Of a stretch of DNA of 32,000 bases, positions 25,225-32,000 are shown in pieces. Source of the stretch: Candidatus Saccharimonadota bacterium (lineage in GTDB: Bacteria; Patescibacteriota; Gracilibacteria; UBA1369; 2-02-FULL-48-14); contig JBAZVE010000001.1 of the NCBI GenBank assembly GCA_041661045.1, positions 480,001 through 512,000 on the forward strand, given 5' to 3'. A model generated the notes under the pieces. That model worked only from the letters and a program-made list of their open reading frames with translations. It was not told where the DNA came from and did not search any database. The translations under genes were made by a program, and so were the position numbers. The stretch's first letter is position 1. The number at the start of each line of letters is the position of its first letter.

Positions 25225-25659
25225 GGGGATGTACAGGCTTTGACAGAAAGATTAGAAGTCCGTTGCCTGCTTTCAGGTGGTTGCTTGGTCCCACCTTAAC
25301 CCGTCCAAGCAAATTAAGTGCTAAAACCACTGCAGAGATCATCCGCGAAGACGCTCTACGACTTGCTCGTTCTGCGTTTCAACCAGCCCGTGCTTTGGCA
25401 CTCGCTGCGTAGTTGATCTTGAACCGTCATTAAGTACGGTTCCGCTCACTCATCGACGCCTTGTGGATGAAATGGGTGTAATAATCGAGGCTTAGGGAAA
25501 CTCCTGCTTGTGTTCCGGGGGCGTACTGAAACTTTGAAGACACGACAGCGGTGCTTTTGTCCACCTTTTATACCGCTGCCGTAGACAAAGTGGACTATGA
25601 AAGTAAACGGTTTCGCACTTCCTTTTTGGACGCGGGTTCGATTCCCGCCATCTCCACCA
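25225..25659 (+). ncRNA. ssrA: transfer-messenger RNA (tmRNA, ssrA), one-piece
   Basis: The 5' end GGGGATGTACAGGCTTTGAC matches the tmRNA consensus GGGGnUG....GGnUUCGAC. The 3' end is GGACGCGGGTTCGATTCCCGCCATCTCCACCA, a T-arm plus acceptor plus CCA. The acceptor GGGGATG/CATCTCC includes the G3:U pair. An internal reading frame ends ...ARALALAA-TAG (stop at 25410-25412), a classic tag terminus. Confidence 0.9.
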
Positions 25660-25794
25660 GAGAATTCGGAAAAACGACGGCCCTTGTGGCTGGCGCTTTT
25701 TACGATGTCTGCGTAGCAGACTGGCGAGGGAGAACCTCCGAAGGATGGGTTCGTGAGGGAGCGAAGCGACCGTTTAGCGAACGCAGTGAGCGTC

Positions 25795-25812
25795 TTCCCG
25801 CCATCTCCACCA
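25795..25812 (+). repeat. exact 18-bp direct repeat of the tmRNA 3' end (att-like)
   Basis: TTCCCGCCATCTCCACCA occurs at 25642-25659 (in the gene) and again at 25795-25812. The repeat begins inside the T-loop and runs to the CCA end. Confidence 0.85.
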
Positions 25813-25889
25813 TTGATTTTGCGTGCGCAATGGACTTGACAAAAGTAGAAATAAGGTTCATACTCTAACTCTTTAAACCTTCCTTGCAT

Positions 25890-26381
25890 ATGAGCACTTC
25901 TAGACCAAATGACGACTGCGATGGCCTTGTTGAGGAGGGTGATTCGGTACCGGTTGACGGCTTAGAAGCGGGGGCCGTGGATAGAGGAGATGTTGAGGGT
26001 GAAGTTGAAGAAGTATCCTACGCTAATTTAGTGAATTTAGTTGAGCGGTTTGGTGTCGAGAAAGTACGGGCTGCTCTCGCAGAGGCAGGGGTTTTAAAAG
26101 AAGGAGAAAGTGGCGTGTCAATTGAAACATCAAAGGAGTCATCCCCTGAGAGATGGACAAAATACTTCCGGTTTATAGACGCAGCAGAAATGCTTGGATT
26201 AGCTACTGTTGTAACCAAGGTAGGCTCAACCGCAAACCCCGGAGGCGATGTCATTAGATATACAGCTATCCCTGGTTTGACCGTCTCTCCCACGGAGGCC
26301 TACTGGACTGCCTGGACTATTCTTGGTGCAGGACTTCCCACAGACGCAGACAATGGTGTCGTTGGGGAGAATCAAGATTAA
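25890..26381 (+). CDS. hypothetical acidic protein (~163 aa)
   Basis: ORF only. The N-terminal half is Asp/Glu/Gly/Val-rich. The first ATG is at 25890 (the tracked TTG is at 25884). No recognisable motif. Confidence 0.4.
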   Translation: MSTSRPNDDCDGLVEEGDSVPVDGLEAGAVDRGDVEGEVEEVSYANLVNLVERFGVEKVRAALAEAGVLKEGESGVSIETSKESSPERWTKYFRFIDAAEMLGLATVVTKVGSTANPGGDVIRYTAIPGLTVSPTEAYWTAWTILGAGLPTDADNGVVGENQD

Positions 26382-26448
26382 ATCCAAAACGGTCCCTCTG
26401 CACCGACCTGTTAACTTCATCGGTGCCCATTGAACCTAAGGCTAGGTA

Positions 26449-26682
26449 TCAAGGGAAATCTAAGGTGAGGACTTGTCTGTTTTTCCAATAACGGAGCCCG
26501 CTTACGACCGTCCAGAGCGCTTTAAACTTGTGCACCGCAATGGCTTGAACGGGGCTGAGCCCCGCAAGGATTAAGAGTGGAACCAGAATGAGACCGGAGC
26601 CCGACCCCGTCATGGCTGTGAAAAAACAGACCACACTTGCCGTAAGACTAAGTCCGATGATCGTTAAGACCTCTGTTCCCAT
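26449..26682 (-). pseudogene. truncated TauE/SafE-family permease fragment (77 aa, N-terminal part only)
   Basis: FFTAMTGSGSGLILVPLLILAGLSPVQAIAVHKF resembles the first TM pair of TauE/SafE (sulfite exporter family) proteins. As I recall, those are normally roughly three times longer. No continuation exists in any frame downstream. Confidence 0.45.
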
Positions 26683-26752
26683 GTGCAGATATTATCTCAC
26701 CGTTTAAGTTAGTTCAACGCTCCAACAAGTAAACAAGTTGGAAGGCGGGACT

Positions 26753-27484
26753 CTACTGAAGCTCTGATCCGTGGACCCAGGCGTAAGAAATTTTGGTGCC
26801 ATAGGCGGGCTCTCCGTCGATGAGAGCACCGGAATACCAGCCGAGTTCAACGCCCACGAGATACCAATAATCTTCAAGGCCAGCCACTGTCTCTTTAGTT
26901 TCTGTCCGTGCAAGTACGCCGGTGAAACTTCCGGCGAAGCTTTCGATTTCTCCCACTTCGCAGCCTTCAGCACAAAATCGGAATTCGTAGACCGGAGAGC
27001 CGATTTCTGGCTTTGCTTTTGGCGTAGCCTCCGGGGTCACCTGGGCATCGGAGTCCACGATGATGACGGAATAAGAGTCCACAATTCGTTTGCTGCCTGC
27101 AGGGACAGGTGTATTTCTGTCCCAGTACTTTGGCGACCCGTCCGCGGTCAGATAGACGGTGTAGTAGAGGCTGTCTGCGGATTCGCCCAAGGTCATGCTC
27201 CAAGGCGCTTCACCGTTTCTTGGGGTCAGCATCATTTTTTCTCCTTCAATTTGATAGGCCCCTTCGACGGGGGCACCGCCTTCACCCGCAAAGGAGTCGA
27301 GGTAAGTGCCATCCTCGTTGAACTCGATATAAGCGCCGAGAACCCCCACAGGACCCCAGTCTCCCGAGACCAGAAGGTCTTCGGTGAGAGTCAGGCTGTC
27401 TTCGACAATAGGTTCCGGGTTAGGGCTTGTTGCACAAGCGGTGAGTCCAAGGGTCAGCAATGAAAGGAGAAAAAGTTTTTTCAT
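26753..27484 (-). CDS. secreted lipoprotein, unknown function (243 aa)
   Basis: MKKLFLLSLLTLGLTAC is a signal peptide with a lipobox. The rest looks beta-rich, and the C-terminal part is vaguely SH3-like. Confidence 0.65.
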   Translation of the reverse strand: MKKLFLLSLLTLGLTACATSPNPEPIVEDSLTLTEDLLVSGDWGPVGVLGAYIEFNEDGTYLDSFAGEGGAPVEGAYQIEGEKMMLTPRNGEAPWSMTLGESADSLYYTVYLTADGSPKYWDRNTPVPAGSKRIVDSYSVIIVDSDAQVTPEATPKAKPEIGSPVYEFRFCAEGCEVGEIESFAGSFTGVLARTETKETVAGLEDYWYLVGVELGWYSGALIDGEPAYGTKISYAWVHGSELQ

Positions 27485-27579
27485 AAATTGGATAGGATGA
27501 ATTTACTGAAGCATACCTGAATGCAAAAAACAAATGCAGGAGGCTTAAGCGCAAATATTACTCCAAGCGCTAATCTTTG

Positions 27580-27942
27580 TCACTCCATATCGTCAAGATG
27601 TTTGACCACACCATCCTCAAGAAGGATGAGGGTGTCTTTAGCGGTCACCGTAGGGTTCCCATGTGCACCAAGGTGGGCAACAGCCATTCCAGATTCAATA
27701 CACATGACCGATATTCCTCTCATAGGCCCCCAGTTACTAACAAGTATTCTTATTTTATTGGGTGTCACTAGTTTGCCCTTTTCCGAAAGCACTTTAAGTA
27801 GTGAAGTAAGCTCCCCATCACTTTCCCCCAAGAAAACTGTAAGCGCTGCAATTGCAGCGGACACCGACAGGTCTCCCTGCGTTTCCTGTAAAAAACTTTC
27901 GAGTCGACCCCAAGGTGTTTCTGTAGTTTGAAGTGTAGTCAT
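27580..27942 (-). CDS. hypothetical protein (120 aa), distal gene of the Cys-rich operon
   Basis: ORF only. It lies 29 nt downstream of the 216-aa gene on the same strand. Confidence 0.45.
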   Translation of the reverse strand: MTTLQTTETPWGRLESFLQETQGDLSVSAAIAALTVFLGESDGELTSLLKVLSEKGKLVTPNKIRILVSNWGPMRGISVMCIESGMAVAHLGAHGNPTVTAKDTLILLEDGVVKHLDDME

Positions 27943-27971
27943 GATGAAGAGAGGGTAAAAAATGTGGAAGC

Positions 27972-28622
27972 CTAACCAACAAGCAGCCTATTTAGGTGAG
28001 GATATGTAGAGCCAAAGCTTTCGACGGATCTCACACAGTACAAAGCCCTCACCGTAGCAGTGGCAGGAGTATTGTTGCGGTTGGAAAAATGTGCACACCT
28101 GCCTACGGAAATCAAAGGATCTTGAATGTAAGCTATCCCGTCGGGGCAGTACTCAAGCAAGTTCATAAGGGGGCCGAGACGGAGGCACTCCACCTCTACA
28201 TCAAGATCTCCCTTAATAGGGCTGCCGGTGTAGACATCTGTGCGCAAAACATGAAAAGCAAATCCTACCTGGGTTTGTACGTCTCTTTCTTCGACAGTCC
28301 CTACTAAAATAACATTGCCCGGCCTTAGATCGCGAGGATCGATAGCAACGAGTGAACGCAAGCCAAAATCCTCTACCGTAGGTATCCCCAATGGTGGCTT
28401 CTCTCTGAGCGCTCGCCTCGTTTGAGATAGTAATAGGCCCGCCTCTTCCTCTAGTTTTAAGAAATCTGCTATGGGCCTCATGCGCTCGTTGTAGCGATCA
28501 AGTGCATCTACAGGACCAGACCCTTGGGCTGGGCGTGCCCCTGTGTATAAAGACGGTGCTCGCATATACTTTGGAGAGTAAGCTAAAGTGGGTAGGATGC
28601 CACAAAACGCTGCTTGTGTCAA
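27972..28622 (-). CDS. hypothetical protein (up to 216 aa)
   Basis: ORF only. It lies 21 nt downstream of the zinc-ribbon gene. Its start is uncertain because there are internal Met codons. Confidence 0.45.
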   Translation of the reverse strand: MTQAAFCGILPTLAYSPKYMRAPSLYTGARPAQGSGPVDALDRYNERMRPIADFLKLEEEAGLLLSQTRRALREKPPLGIPTVEDFGLRSLVAIDPRDLRPGNVILVGTVEERDVQTQVGFAFHVLRTDVYTGSPIKGDLDVEVECLRLGPLMNLLEYCPDGIAYIQDPLISVGRCAHFSNRNNTPATATVRALYCVRSVESFGSTYPHLNRLLVG

Positions 28623-28643
28623 TATCTTGTGGGGGCCAAAGCT

Positions 28644-28919
28644 TCACCCAATGTTCTCCCAGAAGCATTTTTGGCAGTAAATAGTGTAGGGGGCTTCGGG
28701 CGGGTAGACGGAGAGCATGTCTTGTTGGCATTTGGCGCAGGTGCGTTTGTACATTTGCCGTTCGCTTCGAAGTGCCATGCGATGGCGGTGACGACAAGTT
28801 GGACAATGAGTGGGGGGTGGCAAATTTTTGCGCTTATAAAAGTCGGCTTCGGCGCTGATGACCAGGAAGTTTCTTCCGCAGTTGGGAGTGCTGCATTGAA
28901 GGGAAGGAGAGGCGTTCAT
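28644..28919 (-). CDS. double zinc-ribbon protein (91 aa)
   Basis: Four Cys pairs are present: C9/C14, C39-P-T-C42, C61-A-K-C64 and C82-Q-K-C85. They occur in the context FLVISAEADFYKRKNLPPPTHCPTCRHRHR...MYKRTCAKC...YTIYCQKCFW. The ATG at 28919 lies 5 nt after the upstream gene's stop. The upstream part of the tracked 202-aa ORF only overlaps the neighbouring gene and is not counted. Confidence 0.7.
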   Translation of the reverse strand: MNASPSLQCSTPNCGRNFLVISAEADFYKRKNLPPPTHCPTCRHRHRMALRSERQMYKRTCAKCQQDMLSVYPPEAPYTIYCQKCFWENIG

Positions 28920-28924
28920 AGTGT

Positions 28925-29899
28925 TTAGAGGATTAAGGGTGAATCGGTTTCGGTTTGGAGGCGGTTGTGTTCGTAGTCGGAGATGAAGTAGGGCGTGAGA
29001 TTGTAGTGGCCGCCTGCAATGAGCTCTTGGTGGATTTCGGCGACTTTTTTGGCGTAGTCTTCGGGTGAGTAGGGCTGATTTAAAATGTGGTATTCCTTGT
29101 TTTCCAGGTAGACGCAGCCGAAGCAGTTTTTGAGGTTGCGGGAGTAGGCGCAGAATTCGGAATCGCTGGAGCGGTCGGTGTGGAGACAGAAGTTGCAGTT
29201 GAAGCAGAGTGGGGACTGCACACAGCTGTAGAGGGCCTCGGCTTCGAAACAAACGGTGAGGTCCACACAGTCTTTGTTGGCATTGGCTTCCACGGTGTAG
29301 AGGCAGTCTTCGGAGGCAAAAATGTCGTAGCAGTTGAAGCAGTTTTTACTTTCCGTAATGTGATCGCCGGTGCAATTTTCGGTCATAGTTTGATGGAAGG
29401 CGGGGAGAGGGGTTTTGCGTTTCAACGCTTCCACTTGTGTTTGGATGAAGGCGAGGTGATCGGGATTGGAGAGATCGAATTGGGCGATTTTTTGCACATA
29501 TTCTTCTTTGCTGAGAGGCTGGTTGAAGAGGTGATATTGTTTTTGATAGAGCCCCACACAGCCGAAACAATTTTTGCAGCCGTAACAGTCTTGGCTGTAT
29601 TGGCATTCGGCGCAGTTTTGGCAGTCCTGGCAGAAGTCGCAGCTGTAGCAATTGACGCAATCGACGCATTCGGTGCACCACTGACAATTCACGCAAAACG
29701 ACACGCCGCTACAGTCACTGCATTTGCGGGAATAACGACCGTAGTACACATCTTCGCAGTAGAAAACGCCGAAGCAGTAATAGCAGTTTTTAGACTTCAC
29801 CGCGGTGTCCGAATAGCCACAATTTTCGGCCATGACGAGCTTGAGGTTGTAACGGGGCTGCGTCCGCAAAAGATTTTGGAATTCTTGTATGAAAGGCAT
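28925..29899 (-). CDS. extremely Cys-rich repeat protein with internal duplication (324 aa, ~34 Cys)
   Basis: MPFIQEF... start at 29899. In the run CVNCQWCTECVDCVNCYSCDFCQDCQNCAEC (nt 29603-29695), Cys recurs every third residue 11 times. The protein has two colinear halves, each ending NCFGCV(G/Y)L..K.YH(L/I)(F/L)NQP.S.E(E/D)Y..K(I/V)A. Confidence 0.75.
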   Translation of the reverse strand: MPFIQEFQNLLRTQPRYNLKLVMAENCGYSDTAVKSKNCYYCFGVFYCEDVYYGRYSRKCSDCSGVSFCVNCQWCTECVDCVNCYSCDFCQDCQNCAECQYSQDCYGCKNCFGCVGLYQKQYHLFNQPLSKEEYVQKIAQFDLSNPDHLAFIQTQVEALKRKTPLPAFHQTMTENCTGDHITESKNCFNCYDIFASEDCLYTVEANANKDCVDLTVCFEAEALYSCVQSPLCFNCNFCLHTDRSSDSEFCAYSRNLKNCFGCVYLENKEYHILNQPYSPEDYAKKVAEIHQELIAGGHYNLTPYFISDYEHNRLQTETDSPLIL

Positions 29900-29943
29900 A
29901 ATGGTTGTTGTTAGAGCACAAGGGAGTGTTATATACCCTTTTT

Positions 29944-30906
29944 CTATTCGCGGTCTTCTTGGGGGTCTAACGCCCATGTCGCCAACCGGTTAATGCGTGC
30001 GATAATATTATCTAATTCTTTTCTTTTCTTGAGGGCTTCTCTTTCCGGTGAATCCTCAAGAGGAATTACGCTAGCCACCAGGTTCTCCATAGGAAGTAAT
30101 GCTATTCTTCCGTCCGCCCCTCCCCCCCTTGCTTCACCATGAACTCCTAATACGTGGCGATCCAAGATATATAAAGTGTCAGTATCTCCTCCAACATTAC
30201 AGCCATGAAGGGACCGTAATTCATGAAGATTACTTACTATTGTGATATTTTCTTCCGCTATGCCTAGCTCGGTCATCCATGTCTTAATGTGTTCTGCTCG
30301 TGTTTTTCCGTTAAAAAATGAGTTTCTAATACTTGAAAATGGTGGATGATCGCCGAGGTTGCTTCCTACTATACAAACTTTTGTGAGGCCTTTCGCTTCC
30401 ATGTGGGGCGCTATAAGCTCTTTCAACCTTTCCCCAAATGCATCCATTTTTTGTTTGTAAAATTCGTCTGAGAATCCATCGATTGAGTAAAGCATTTGCC
30501 TACGTTTTCCTTCGTCATCAGGTAATTGGTCAGCGTATTTCAAAGCATCGTCAAACACCATATCTAGAGTCTCACCGGCTATGAGCCTTTCCTGACCTTT
30601 AGGAGTAGCCTCTCCTAGTGCAATTGAAGTTGTACGGTCAAGTATATGCACATGTGTTGAAAGATCTTTCCCTAGTACATCTAGTATTTTATTTTGGATT
30701 TCCTCATTAGTGGCTTCCACCGGGAATGCCACCAATGTTGTAGGATGGCCTTCAGCTTCAAGCCTGGCTCTTATCTCTGGGAGTTTGGTCGCATATAGGT
30801 CATTGTCTCTGTAGACAAGTGCGATCGGGGTGTGTTTTCCAGACATGGTGATGTGGGTTAATTTGTTTAGAGCCAAGAGAGTATTATGACTCATTTTTGG
30901 TATCAT
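29944..30906 (-). CDS. hypothetical protein (up to 320 aa), first gene of the Cys-rich operon
   Basis: Clean ORF with no motif I can name. Alternative starts are Met5 (30894) and Met21 (30846). It looks more AT-rich by eye than the neighbouring genes. Confidence 0.55.
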   Translation of the reverse strand: MIPKMSHNTLLALNKLTHITMSGKHTPIALVYRDNDLYATKLPEIRARLEAEGHPTTLVAFPVEATNEEIQNKILDVLGKDLSTHVHILDRTTSIALGEATPKGQERLIAGETLDMVFDDALKYADQLPDDEGKRRQMLYSIDGFSDEFYKQKMDAFGERLKELIAPHMEAKGLTKVCIVGSNLGDHPPFSSIRNSFFNGKTRAEHIKTWMTELGIAEENITIVSNLHELRSLHGCNVGGDTDTLYILDRHVLGVHGEARGGGADGRIALLPMENLVASVIPLEDSPEREALKKRKELDNIIARINRLATWALDPQEDRE

Positions 30907-30942
30907 GTCGACAACAAGCTGTCATTTTGTTTAATTACAGGG

Positions 30943-30970
30943 TATAATTGATGTAGAAAGTTAATCTACA
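30943..30970 (+). promoter_or_regulatory. putative promoter (-10 TATAAT) and inverted-repeat operator in the divergent region
   Basis: TATAAT lies at 30943-30948. The inverted repeat TGTAGA (30952-30957), 7 nt, TCTACA (30965-30970) ends 2 nt before the ATG of the TrmB-family gene. Confidence 0.35.
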
Positions 30971-30972
30971 GT

Positions 30973-31755
30973 ATGCTTACTGCTACCGATTTAAGTCGAA
31001 TTGTGGCCTTGCTCAAGCAGTTTGAGTGCAATGAAAGCGAGGCGAAAATTTATGTGGAGTCGCTTAAGACGGGGCCCACGACCGTGCAAGAGTTGGCAAA
31101 GAAAATGAAGCGGAATCGCGTCACCGTGCACAGCGCGGTGGAACAACTTGTTGAAAAGGGCTTGCTGTATGAAACTCGAAAAGAAAATCGACGGTTGATT
31201 GGGGCGGAAGAGCCGGACATTTTGCATCGTTTGCTTCAAAAACGCGAGAATGAAATGAAGCTACTGAAGTCGAATTTGGACTATGTAACGGGTCTATTGA
31301 ATTCGGTGCAGGCGGTCGATAAAAGTATTCCGACGGTGAAGTTTTATGAAGGATTGGACGGGTTCAAGAAAATGCTCGAAGAGACTTTGACGGCGAGGGG
31401 TAAGGTCTTTGTTTTCACTTATGTTGACCTGTTCTCTAAGTTGCTTGGGCCCGAGTATTTAGAAGATTATTTTGTTCGCCGTGCTAAGAAAGGCATTTAT
31501 ACCCGTCTGATTTTTCCACCCTGCGCATTCGCCACGCGAGTGAACAAAAAGGCCAAGGAGTACAATATTGAGGTGAGACTTTTGCCACCGGAACTCCAGT
31601 GGAAATCCGGAATTTTTTCTTGGAACGACTCCATGTCTCTCATGTCTTACACGGAAGGCAAGCTCACCAATACGATCATCGAAAACAAGGACATCGCGTA
31701 CTTTTACCAGAATGTGATTTTTGAACTCTGCTGGGCGATGGCGAAACCCATGTAG
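30973..31755 (+). CDS. TrmB-family transcriptional regulator
   Basis: The N-terminal winged HTH ([54 protein letters not shown]), then a coiled segment and a C-terminal effector-type domain, match the typical TrmB architecture at 260 aa. Confidence 0.8.
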   Translation: MLTATDLSRIVALLKQFECNESEAKIYVESLKTGPTTVQELAKKMKRNRVTVHSAVEQLVEKGLLYETRKENRRLIGAEEPDILHRLLQKRENEMKLLKSNLDYVTGLLNSVQAVDKSIPTVKFYEGLDGFKKMLEETLTARGKVFVFTYVDLFSKLLGPEYLEDYFVRRAKKGIYTRLIFPPCAFATRVNKKAKEYNIEVRLLPPELQWKSGIFSWNDSMSLMSYTEGKLTNTIIENKDIAYFYQNVIFELCWAMAKPM

Positions 31756-31784
31756 GCGTGTGTGCTATTGATTTCCATTCAATT

Positions 31785-32000
31785 ATGCCATTTTTTACTT
31801 ACATTCTGCGGTGCAGTGATGGGACGCTTTACACGGGGAGTACCGGGGATCTTGAGGGGCGGCTGCATAAACACAATAACTTAAAAAGTGGGGCGAAATA
31901 TACGCGGGCGCGGAGGCCGGTGGAATTGGTGTACAGCGAAGAGTGTGAGAGCTTGAGTGCGGCGCGGAAAAGAGAGGTGGAGATTAAAAAGCTTACGCGG
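31785..32000 (+). CDS. GIY-YIG nuclease-domain protein (UPF0213/YhbQ-like), 3' end truncated by the window edge
   Basis: The ATG at 31785 opens [32 protein letters not shown]...[18 protein letters not shown]...REVEIKKL. It has the GIY/YIG-type motifs (YIL...LYTG), the conserved Arg and the conserved Glu. It is absent from the ORF track because the frame runs off the window. Confidence 0.8.
   Translation, partial: MPFFTYILRCSDGTLYTGSTGDLEGRLHKHNNLKSGAKYTRARRPVELVYSEECESLSAARKREVEIKKLTR

Noticed and set aside
25741-25812. Possible 72-nt tRNA-like element ending in the second ...CATCTCCACCA copy
   Set aside because: I tried a cloverleaf fold. No T-stem partner for CCCGC is present, and the 5' acceptor strand (AAGGATG) forms only 5 of 7 possible pairs. 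It is treated as an att-like repeat, not an RNA gene.
25215-25889. ORFs 25215-25412 (+), 25551-25868 (+) and 25446-25889 (-)
   Set aside because: They overlap the tmRNA gene and its 3' flank. The 25215-25412 frame is merely the tmRNA tag frame extended upstream to a TTG.
26771-27463. 230-aa plus-strand ORF
   Set aside because: It is antisense to the 243-aa lipoprotein gene, which has a clear signal peptide and lipobox.
28920-29252. N-terminal 111 aa of the tracked 202-aa ORF (28644-29252)
   Set aside because: This part overlaps the Cys-rich gene out of frame and is Arg/Leu/Pro low-complexity. Only the last 91 aa, from the ATG at 28919, form a coherent zinc-ribbon protein.
29087-29914. 275-aa plus-strand ORF rich in Ala/Val/Glu/Gly
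   Set aside because: It is antisense to the Cys-rich gene. The reverse complements of the abundant TGC/TGT codons (GCA/ACA) contain no stops, so an open shadow frame is expected.
1-32000. Search by eye for CRISPR arrays, IS/transposase or integrase genes, reverse transcriptase (YxDD), tRNA and rRNA genes
   Set aside because: I found no regularly spaced direct repeats, no recombinase or RT motifs in any listed ORF, and no T-arm-like GGTTCGA(A/T)TCC other than in the tmRNA.

Overview
This 32-kb window has the dense, short-intergenic layout of a small-genome bacterium. I infer it is CPR/Patescibacteria-like from gene content and the many orphan lipoproteins; I did not run a search. The standard genetic code applies: long ORFs read through with code 11, and an intact RF2 gene is present.

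Housekeeping genes I can support:
- ftsA-ftsZ
- a FemAB-family peptidyltransferase
- def and prfB
- a Wzx/MurJ-type flippase
- RNase J, dnaN and mfd
- a tmRNA gene (ssrA), which the ORF track does not show

Accessory content:
- A MazF/Phd-type toxin-antitoxin pair sits directly upstream of prfB-def.
- A tightly coupled orphan operon (18.5-25.1 kb, minus strand) encodes a calpain-like Cys protease, a 1054-aa glycine-zipper membrane protein, two small helical proteins and a 362-aa orphan.
- 3' of ssrA, an exact 18-bp copy of the tmRNA 3' end lies 135 bp downstream.
- Further 3' is an orphan-rich stretch. It includes a truncated TauE/SafE fragment and a second orphan operon with an extreme (Cys-x-x)n protein plus a double zinc ribbon. 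That operon is divergent from a TrmB-family regulator.

The rnj-dnaN spacer carries DnaA-box-like sites and an AT-rich block, so it is a possible oriC. I saw no CRISPR array, transposase, integrase, reverse transcriptase, rRNA or tRNA.

The two orphan operons are the best candidates for an undescribed system. Their functional interpretation is inference only.
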